DNA of 20,000 nt from an uncultured virus (IMG/VR IMGVR_UViG_3300035337_000237). Taxonomy: Duplodnaviria > Heunggongvirae > Uroviricota > Caudoviricetes. The DNA lies in IMG/VR virus record IMGVR_UViG_3300035337_000237; one strand, given 5' to 3'. Both the position numbers and the translations under genes were made by a program. The number at the start of each line of letters is the position of its first letter. Position 1 is the stretch's first letter. The notes beneath the pieces are model-generated. The model made no database searches and had not been told where the DNA came from. It saw only the letters and a list, made by a program, of their open reading frames with translations. Shown here one piece after another: positions 1 to 6,702 of this stretch.

Positions 1-8
1 TTACTCAT
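1..8 (-). CDS. 5' end of a leftward gene running off the window
   Basis: CAT at 6-8 (ATG on the minus strand) with a strong SD GGAGGAGG (CCTCCTCC at 15-22). Confidence 0.5.
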
Positions 9-41
9 TTTGTGCCTCCTCCAATAAGTTAAAATTTAAAC

Positions 42-82
42 AAAAAAAGTCGCCCAACCCTCATTTCTGAGGGATTTGCGAC
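42..82 (-). terminator. Rho-independent terminator after ORF 82..531
   Basis: Minus strand reads GTCGC-AAAT-CCCTCA-GAAA-TGAGGG-TTGG-GCGAC-TTTTTTT: a stem with a GAAA tetraloop and a U7 tail, directly after the stop codon. Confidence 0.7.
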
Positions 83-531
83 TAAATCATCTCCGCCCCA
101 TCGCCGTAGATGGGGTTGCCGTAGGAATCATATTCTACGGCCTCTTTTTTGACAGGAGCCGGGGTTTTAGCCGGTTTCTCGTCAAAAACTCCAAGGATAC
201 GGACGCGCGGTCCATATCCCTCGTAATCAATGACATCAGCCCATACTGAGCCGTCCTCATCGACCTCTGGGAATTCCAGGTGGCGGAACTCCTCAACATC
301 CCGGCCACCGTCCCAGATTGCCCGGGTTCCGGGCCGGAGCTTGCCTTCAGCCGTGAGGCCAAGGGCGAGGAAAATACTAGCCTTGTCCAGAGGGTCAGGA
401 CAAGGCTCCGCATAGCAATCCCAGCGTGTTTTTGCCGGTAGTGCGGAGATGTAATTCTCCGCGTTTTCGAGGGATGAAAATCCCTCTGCGAAAATTTCCC
501 CGTCCCAGCGGGACATGACTCTAAAATTCAT
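82..531 (-). CDS. Hypothetical phage protein, 149 aa, divergent from the structural operon
   Basis: SD AAGGAGG upstream of ATG 531, acidic natural-looking sequence, downstream terminator and upstream sigma54-like promoter. Confidence 0.75.
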   Translation of the reverse strand: MNFRVMSRWDGEIFAEGFSSLENAENYISALPAKTRWDCYAEPCPDPLDKASIFLALGLTAEGKLRPGTRAIWDGGRDVEEFRHLEFPEVDEDGSVWADVIDYEGYGPRVRILGVFDEKPAKTPAPVKKEAVEYDSYGNPIYGDGAEMI

Positions 532-568
532 TTTGTTCCTCCTTTTTTATTTAATTACTATTATATAA

Positions 569-584
569 TGCATATGCTATGCCA
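569..584 (-). promoter_or_regulatory. Sigma54 (RpoN)-type -24/-12 promoter for the leftward genes
   Basis: Minus strand TGGCATAGCATATGCA has exact GG-N10-GC spacing, lies about 40 nt upstream of the ORF start, and has an IHF-consensus site about 40 bp further upstream. Confidence 0.65.
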
Positions 585-624
585 ATGAGTTATACCCATA
601 TATATTATTTTAATTGTGTAATAA

Positions 625-873
625 AATCAGCAACTTAACCGCTAAAATAAATTATGGCACGGAATATAAGGCGTGCCGGAAACATGTCAGGCGGGTAAAA
701 TAACCACACCTCTAACCTGTTAATAACTTAAAAACTATTTATAAATCAGCAACTTAGCCAATAATATGCGCTTGTGAAAATAACCGCAAAACGGGGCAAA
801 ATAACCATCGATAGCGGTTGTCAACAAGGCTATCCACAGGTACTAGCAATAACACTATAAAATCAATAACTTA
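625..873 (+). promoter_or_regulatory. Three IHF-consensus sites (WATCARNNNNTTR)
   Basis: AATCAGCAACTTA 625-637, AATCAGCAACTTA 744-756, AATCAATAACTTA 861-873. Further matches at 1622-1634 and on the minus strand at 12586-12598. Confidence 0.65.
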
Positions 874-1051
874 GCATAAATGCAAAATTACAGGTCTGTT
901 GATAACTCCGATAATCAGGTTGCATGTAATATATCTGTTATGCGCGTAGGTTTCCGCCCTCCCCGTGATCGCGCAACCTGAGCCAACCTCGCAAGCTGAT
1001 TTTTTGCAACGCGATTTGCTATCATTATTATAATGTGTCGATTTTTTGCTG

Positions 1052-1206
1052 CTGTGTCAAAAATACCACACTTACTGTGTCAAAACTTACAAGGTGTCAA
1101 CTCACTGTGTCAAATACACCATACCTACTGTGTCAAATATACCACTGATAGCAGTCATCTTGCAACTGTGTCAAAAATACCACACCTACTGTGTCAAATA
1201 CACCAC
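1052..1206 (+). repeat. Repeat family A: CTGTGTCAAA(A/T)..., six copies as three tandem pairs
   Basis: Copies start at 1052/1075, 1105/1128 and 1166/1189; each pair is exactly 23 nt apart. Confidence 0.9.
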
Positions 1207-1301
1207 TGGGGAATTATACCCCACTACTGGGGCATTTTACCCCACTAATAATTTTGCTACTGGGGCATTTTACCCCACTACTGGGGAATTATACCCCACT
1301 A
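1206..1301. repeat. Repeat family B: 21-nt palindromic units CTGGGG-N7-CCCCACTA, four copies as two pairs
   Basis: Copies at 1206, 1227, 1260 and 1281 in A-B/B-A order (GGGGAATTATACCCC and GGGGCATTTTACCCC). Confidence 0.9.
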
Positions 1302-1390
1302 ATTGTAATTATTAGTGATATTATATCAGTACAATTGTACGTAATAATTATGAGGCAATGATAAGATGTGAGTGCTACATTTCCATGATT

Positions 1391-1428
1391 GAGTCGCATT
1401 TTTGCGACTGGAGTCGCATTTTTGCGAC
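1391..1428. repeat. Repeat family C: GAGTCGCATTTTTGCGAC x2 (palindrome GTCGCA-N4-TGCGAC)
   Basis: Exact 18-nt copies at 1391 and 1411, a 20-nt period. Confidence 0.9.
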
Positions 1429-1446
1429 AAGTTATCAACAATGTGC

Positions 1447-1504
1447 TATTTTGCCCTTTCCCTCCACTTTACCCCTTATTTTGCCTTCTTCCCTCCACTT
1501 TACC
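1447..1504 (+). repeat. Repeat family D: TATTTTGCC...TTCCCTCCACTTTACC x2
   Basis: Near-identical copies at 1447 and 1477; CCCTCCAC recurs twice near 1684-1703. Confidence 0.8.
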
Positions 1505-1993
1505 AATGTTGATATATACAGTTTCCTGTCATAATCCTCACTATAATCCAATTATTTGTTACATATTAAGTACTTACACAATACAACGTCCTATAATTAA
1601 TCTTATGTCTCCTTATTATAATATCAGCTACTTACGCGGCTGTTTTTAGGTGGAGTATAATTTATTGAGTTATCAACAGGTTCCCCTCCACTTTGCCCTC
1701 CACCTGGGGGAAAAAGAATTACTTTATGGTTAAGGCGGCAACACCTGAAAGAGTGAGAATGAGGGGGTACTAAGTATCATATGGGAATCATATCCATGAC
1801 CGGCAAGTTTAAAAACATACAAAATATACCCAATATATCAATTACTAGTGTCTGGATAGTAATTAAGGTACTCCAGCCCTTGTTTCCTGGAATCCCAAAA
1901 TTGATTACTATACACAAAAACAGTTGCCGGAAAATTTCAGGAAAAAATCAGCAAAGTGGTTTCCGGTAAAATTGAAAATTGAAAAGTTAAAAG

Positions 1994-2022
1994 TTGACAG
2001 ATAATTCCCTTCGGTGTATGAA
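1994..2022 (+). promoter_or_regulatory. Candidate sigma70-type promoter for the packaging operon
   Basis: TTGACA (1994-1999), 17-nt spacer, TATGAA (2017-2022), about 45 nt before ATG 2067. The -10 element is imperfect. Confidence 0.45.
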
Positions 2023-2066
2023 GAAAGCAGCAGTGGCAACTTTTCGAGGGAAAGGCGCAAAAACTC

Positions 2067-2600
2067 ATGGCTGATACTTCTTCTGTCGGAGGCAAAACCA
2101 AGGACCGGGAAATAACCGACAATTTCAATCCTTTTAAACGCGGCAACCTGTCTGAGCGTGAATTCAATAAAGTGAAAAAATCAGTAGACAACCGGCTTCC
2201 TGATATTCCTGATGGAGAAGATGTTGCCGGACTTCTTGACGATGATTCTTTCCAGATGCTGAAGGACATGAGGGCGGCTTACAAATCAGTTAATGGCCGG
2301 AAACGCCTTAAAGAAATGATTTCCAGCGATAAAGACTTTTCCTTCATGGTGAAAGAGTTGTTAAGAGTGGAATCGGCTTTGCTGGCCGCCAAGATGAAAA
2401 GGGACGGGGAAGGCGGAATTGGAAATTCTGCGGCTGTGTTTGTTATCATTAAAGGGTTGGAAGATGAGAAACGGGTGGAGAAGGCAATTAAACTTGCCGA
2501 CGATGGAGTGGATTTAGAGCAGGTGATGAATGCGCTTAATCCTAATGCTGAAAAGAGGGTGGAGGCAGAGGAAAAAGTGGAGGGACCAGAGACATGGTGA
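2067..2600 (+). CDS. Hypothetical protein, possible terminase small subunit (177 aa)
   Basis: Helical charged protein at the head of the operon upstream of TerL with a purine-rich SD. The function call is positional only. Confidence 0.5.
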   Translation: MADTSSVGGKTKDREITDNFNPFKRGNLSEREFNKVKKSVDNRLPDIPDGEDVAGLLDDDSFQMLKDMRAAYKSVNGRKRLKEMISSDKDFSFMVKELLRVESALLAAKMKRDGEGGIGNSAAVFVIIKGLEDEKRVEKAIKLADDGVDLEQVMNALNPNAEKRVEAEEKVEGPETW

Positions 2601-3301
2601 CAAAGGTAGATGGCAGTATTATAGAATTCAAATACAAAGACATTGATTTTAAATTTACCAATACCCCGACCGCTCCTGCGTTAATCCATGAAATTTTCAG
2701 TGATAATTATAAAATATTAGAAAGAGGATTGCAGTTTCAGCCGGATGACATTATCCTGGATATTGGAGCCAATGAGGGAATGTTTTCTATTATGATGGCT
2801 AAATTGTTTCCATCCACCAGAATTATTGCTCTTGAGCCGGTTCCGAAAACATTCTTTACCATGATCAGGAATATAGGGTTGAATGGAGTTACCAACATTC
2901 ACCCGTACAACCTAGGAGTGGGCGGGAAAAGTAATAAGTCTGAAATTATCTATTGCGATAAAACTTATTCCGGTGGTTCGTCTATGGTGGTCACTCCCGA
3001 TTTTAAGTCCATGGATATAGTCAATGTTGAAGTCGTGGCGTTTGATGACATATTTGATTCCTGTAAATTCCTTAAATTCCCTTCTATTAATCGTGTTAAA
3101 CTTCTCAAAATGGACATTGAAGGCGCTGAGTACGAAACTCTTTATAATTCCACCTGTCTTACTCAAGTTGACAACATGGTTGCCGAGTTCCATATCAATG
3201 ATAGACTTACTGGGATGGGTTATGATATAAATGAACTGGCTGCGTGGGTGGGAAGCCGGTGTAATTTGGTTTATTACGAAAAAATGAAGATGGCGGAGTG
3301 A
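2594..3301 (+). CDS. FkbM-family SAM-dependent methyltransferase (235 aa)
   Basis: Motif I ILDIGANEG, IIALEP, and the FkbM hallmark LLKMDIEGAEYETL...EFH. Confidence 0.9.
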   Translation: MVTKVDGSIIEFKYKDIDFKFTNTPTAPALIHEIFSDNYKILERGLQFQPDDIILDIGANEGMFSIMMAKLFPSTRIIALEPVPKTFFTMIRNIGLNGVTNIHPYNLGVGGKSNKSEIIYCDKTYSGGSSMVVTPDFKSMDIVNVEVVAFDDIFDSCKFLKFPSINRVKLLKMDIEGAEYETLYNSTCLTQVDNMVAEFHINDRLTGMGYDINELAAWVGSRCNLVYYEKMKMAE

Positions 3302-3312
3302 GGTAATTAGTC

Positions 3313-6300
3313 ATGACTGAAAATCAAAAAGCATATCAGATTCTTTTTGATTACGAGGATATTCCGACATTAAAACGTTTTGCTCTGGATAATTCACGGA
3401 TGAGACTTTGTTTAGGTCCATTTGGATGCCTGTCTTCCGATACGGAATTTCTAACTCCTGCCGGTTGGAAGAAAATATGTGATTATACAGAGACGGATAT
3501 ATTAGCTGAGTTTGATTTATCTACATCAAGAATATTTTTTCATAAACCATCTGATTATATAAAATTACCTTGCGATTCTTTCCTTCATTTAAAAAATAGA
3601 TACGGCATTGACCAGTTATTAAGTGATGAACATATTGTTCTTTTTAATACAGCTTTTAAACCAGAGGAGTGGAGAACAATCCCGGCTGGAGAACTTGCCG
3701 GGAAACATAATTCGCTTAATGATGGATGGTCGGGAAGAATACCAACAATATTTAAAGCTCCGGAAACTAATGGTATTGACTTAACCGGTAATGAAATTCG
3801 TTTAATGGTTGCAGTATCAGCCGATGGTCATTTCTCCAAAAAAAGTAATACAAATAGATGTCATATATGCGTTAGGAAAGAACGTAAAAAAATAAGATTA
3901 AGAATGTTATTAACGGAATGTGGAATTGATTGGAATGAACGAAATTATGAGGCGCGTCCGACTGAAACAACTTTTGATTTTGACGCTCCGGAAAGAAATA
4001 AATTACTGTGGAAGTATTTTAATGCTGATGAATCTCAATTAGCAATTATAGCTGACGAGTTTGTACATTGGGATGGATGTCTTGATTGTTATGGCGGAAG
4101 AATATATGCTTCGACAATAAAAGAGAATGCGGATTTTATTCAGTATGTTTTGACTACCACTGGAGTGCGCGCTACCATTGCGAAAATAAATTACAATAAT
4201 GATAAATGGAAAACCGGGTATAGAGTTTATGCAAATACAGGAACAAATTTTTTATCGATGAGAAACGCTCCAAAAATAGAAAGAGTTCCTTCTCCTGATG
4301 GTTTTAAATATTGTTTTAAAACATCAACTGGTTTTTTTGTTGCCAGAAGAAATGGTAAAATATTTATAACTGGAAATTCGGCGAAAAGCAGCGCATGCGT
4401 AATGGAGGTTATCCGCCGTGCGCTGGCGCAAACACCTTCTCCTGATGGAATACGCAGGAGCAGATGGGCTGTGGTGAGGAACACCTATTCGATGCTGAAA
4501 GATACAACTATAAAAACTTTTCATGATTGGTTTCCTCCTAAATTATTTGGAGAATACAGGGTTACCGACCATACATATATTATAACAAAATTTCCAGGAG
4601 TCCATCTGGAAATTATGTTTCGCGCTCTTGACCGACCGGATCAAGTTTCAAATTTATTGTCCCTCGAAGTAACTGGCGCTTGGTTTAATGAAGCACGCGA
4701 GATACCTATTGCTATCATTGATGCTATGGATGGAAGAATTGGGAGGTATCCTAGTGGGAGAGATGGCGGGGCAAGTTGGTATGGTATTATTATGGACTCG
4801 AATCCTCCATCAGATGACTCAGTATTGTATAAACGTTTTGAAGTCATCCGACCGGAGGGCTGGAAAATATTTAAACAACCATCAGGGTTATCAGTCCATG
4901 CGGAAAATACAAAACACCTCCCGAAAAACTATTATATCAATCTTGCCAAAGGCAAAGATGAAATGTATAAACGTATCTATATTGACGGGCAGTATGGGTA
5001 CCTTGTCAGCGGGAAACCGGTATTCCAGTCATTTAGAGACAATATCCATGTCGCGCCCCATCAACTTGAGCCGCAAAAGGGATTAGATGTTTTGGTAGGG
5101 ATGGATTTTGCCCTTCAGCCAGCTTGTATTATTGGTCAAATTACAACCCTTGGTCAACTTCAAATATTAGACGAGGTGGTGTCTGAGGGTATGGGATTGC
5201 GTCAATTCTGTGATAATAAACTTCTTCCACTTCTTCGTCTTAAATACTTTGGTATGAACGTTATGGGATTTGGAGACCCCTCCGGGGTTGCCCGTGCGCC
5301 GACAGATGAGTCCACCTGTTTTGAAGTTCTTCAGGGGCCGGAAGTGGGTCTGCGCAATATTGTTCCGGCTCCAACCAATGCTATTCTTCCCCGGGTGGCT
5401 GCTGTGGAAAATTTCCTGAATAAAATGTATGCGGGAGAACCTTCTTTTATCCTTTCTCCCAACTGCCATTATCTCCGTAAAGCCATGAACGGCGGGTATC
5501 ATTATGAAAAGGATCCGAGAAGTATGGGCGAGGAATACAAAATCATGCCAGTGAAGAACTTCTCGAGTCATTGTTGTTTTAGTGGAAAAACCATGATTCT
5601 TACACCAACCGGTGAAAAAAGAATTGATGAAATCAGAGCGGGGGATTTTGTTGTTACACCCTTTGGAAACCGGAAAGTAATTGCAGCAGGATTGACACAC
5701 AAAAAAACTAAAGTTATTGAGATAACTTTTTCAGATGAAAGGAAAATTGAATGCACTGAAGATCATGAATTTATAAAATCAAACAAAAGTATTGCAAAGA
5801 GTAATGCTTTGCGATATAGTGATGTCCTGCAAGATTATAATTCATGGAGGACATTACAATGGAGCATCCAGAGTTTATTGAGTTTGAAGAAAAGAAATAC
5901 CGGCTTTCGTCAGGTAATTACTACAGGGTCGAAAATTGGAGAAAGGCAACATGCAATCTTCACAGAGCTGTTTGGGAAAGTCATAATAAATGTAAAGTTC
6001 CTGAAGGATATGATATCCACCATATTGATGGAAATGTATTTAATAATGATATTTCCAATCTTGAGGCCATCCATGGTTCCGAACATTCCAGATTCCACCT
6101 GTTTGAAAGAATTAAAAACGGAACCTGGGATTTTAAAAAAAGTCTCGAATTGGCGCGGGAAGCAGCGAAATCCTGGCATGGGTCTCCTGAAGGAATCAAG
6201 TGGCATAGTAAACATGGAAAAGAAACATGGGTTGACAGAAAAATTTATATCACATGTTGTCTGTATTGCGGGAAAAATATTGAAGCTTCATTCCCGTCAA

Positions 6301-6666
6301 GAAAGAAATTCTGTAATGCAAACTGCCAAAATAGATATAGATACTACAGTGGAAAAGACAACGTTCAAAGAACGTGTGTTATTTGTGGTAAAAACTTTAC
6401 AGCGAATAAATATTCTAAAATCAAAACCTGTGCCAAGGATTGTGCAAATATCTCAACTTCCAGAACTAAAAGATGTATATAATATTACCGTAGACATTGA
6501 TCATGTTTTTTACGCGAATGGTATCTTGTCTTGTAATTGCGATGCTCTTGAATATCTTTGCATGTTTATTGCCGAGCGTGATATTCATGATAAACGCTGG
6601 AAAGATTTAAGTTCAAAAGTAAATTTAACAAACTATAAACCAGTGAATTCAATCGGGGGATACTAA
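3313..6666 (+). CDS. terL: Terminase large subunit precursor with two inteins (1117 aa; spliced product about 479 aa)
   Basis: Splicing restores Walker A GPFG|SAKS. Also RSRWAVVRNTY, Walker B-like GAWFNEARE, nuclease motifs VGMDFALQPA, GDPSG and SHC|CDALEYL. Lies directly upstream of the portal. Confidence 0.93.
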   Translation: MTENQKAYQILFDYEDIPTLKRFALDNSRMRLCLGPFGCLSSDTEFLTPAGWKKICDYTETDILAEFDLSTSRIFFHKPSDYIKLPCDSFLHLKNRYGIDQLLSDEHIVLFNTAFKPEEWRTIPAGELAGKHNSLNDGWSGRIPTIFKAPETNGIDLTGNEIRLMVAVSADGHFSKKSNTNRCHICVRKERKKIRLRMLLTECGIDWNERNYEARPTETTFDFDAPERNKLLWKYFNADESQLAIIADEFVHWDGCLDCYGGRIYASTIKENADFIQYVLTTTGVRATIAKINYNNDKWKTGYRVYANTGTNFLSMRNAPKIERVPSPDGFKYCFKTSTGFFVARRNGKIFITGNSAKSSACVMEVIRRALAQTPSPDGIRRSRWAVVRNTYSMLKDTTIKTFHDWFPPKLFGEYRVTDHTYIITKFPGVHLEIMFRALDRPDQVSNLLSLEVTGAWFNEAREIPIAIIDAMDGRIGRYPSGRDGGASWYGIIMDSNPPSDDSVLYKRFEVIRPEGWKIFKQPSGLSVHAENTKHLPKNYYINLAKGKDEMYKRIYIDGQYGYLVSGKPVFQSFRDNIHVAPHQLEPQKGLDVLVGMDFALQPACIIGQITTLGQLQILDEVVSEGMGLRQFCDNKLLPLLRLKYFGMNVMGFGDPSGVARAPTDESTCFEVLQGPEVGLRNIVPAPTNAILPRVAAVENFLNKMYAGEPSFILSPNCHYLRKAMNGGYHYEKDPRSMGEEYKIMPVKNFSSHCCFSGKTMILTPTGEKRIDEIRAGDFVVTPFGNRKVIAAGLTHKKTKVIEITFSDERKIECTEDHEFIKSNKSIAKSNALRYSDVLQDYNSWRTLQWSIQSLLSLKKRNTGFRQVITTGSKIGERQHAIFTELFGKVIINVKFLKDMISTILMEMYLIMIFPILRPSMVPNIPDSTCLKELKTEPGILKKVSNWRGKQRNPGMGLLKESSGIVNMEKKHGLTEKFISHVVCIAGKILKLHSRQERNSVMQTAKIDIDTTVEKTTFKERVLFVVKTLQRINILKSKPVPRIVQISQLPELKDVYNITVDIDHVFYANGILSCNCDALEYLCMFIAERDIHDKRWKDLSSKVNLTNYKPVNSIGGY
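3427..4377 (+). mobile_element. Intein 1 (317 aa) with LAGLIDADG/DOD endonuclease, inserted in TerL Walker A
   Basis: Block A CLSSDTEFLT, block B LSDEHIV, DOD motifs LMVAVSADGHF and FVHWDG, block F/G KYCFKTSTGFFVARRNGKIFITGN followed by +1 Ser. Confidence 0.92.
5792..5820 (+). promoter_or_regulatory. Candidate internal sigma70 promoter for the nested HNH gene
   Basis: TTGCAA-N17-TATAGT, ending 38 nt upstream of ATG 5859; SD GGAGG at 5846-5850. Confidence 0.45.
5859..6482 (+). CDS. HNH endonuclease with C-terminal Cys zinc-finger repeats, nested out of frame inside intein 2 (207 aa; 212 aa from ATG 5844)
   Basis: LHRAVWE...IHHIDGNVFNNDISNLEAIHGSEHSRFH is an HNH motif. CxxC pairs CLYC/CNANC and CVIC/CAKDC. 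SD GGAGG lies 8 nt before ATG 5859. Confidence 0.9.
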   Translation: MEHPEFIEFEEKKYRLSSGNYYRVENWRKATCNLHRAVWESHNKCKVPEGYDIHHIDGNVFNNDISNLEAIHGSEHSRFHLFERIKNGTWDFKKSLELAREAAKSWHGSPEGIKWHSKHGKETWVDRKIYITCCLYCGKNIEASFPSRKKFCNANCQNRYRYYSGKDNVQRTCVICGKNFTANKYSKIKTCAKDCANISTSRTKRCI

Positions 6667-6702
6667 AATCAGCGCGAGGGAAATAAAACTCAGGGGAAAA
6701 TT

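Larger units (their letters stand above)
5575..6537 (+). mobile_element. Intein 2 (321 aa) in the TerL nuclease domain, with no in-frame endonuclease
   Basis: Block A CFSGKTMILT, block B CTEDHEF, block F/G VYNITVDIDHVFYANGILSCN followed by +1 Cys. Removal restores SHCCDALEYL. Confidence 0.92.

Noticed and set aside
655..677. TGGCACG...CGTGCC as a second sigma54 promoter
   Set aside because: It has -24-like boxes in inverted orientation but no GC at -12 on either strand. It may be an operator but is not a complete promoter.
1052..1301. CRISPR array
   Set aside because: The repeats are adjacent at 21-23 nt periods with no unique 30-40 nt spacers, and no cas genes are present.
1033..1649. ORFs 1033..1248, 1046..1315 and 1389..1649
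   Set aside because: They are translations of the non-coding repeat arrays, have no SD and show repetitive, unnatural composition.
5844..6482. Nested HNH explained as a sequencing frameshift or pseudogene
   Set aside because: The TerL frame is uninterrupted, and the HNH has its own SD, start and stop plus codon avoidance. Two compensating errors would not explain a second frame open for more than 200 codons.
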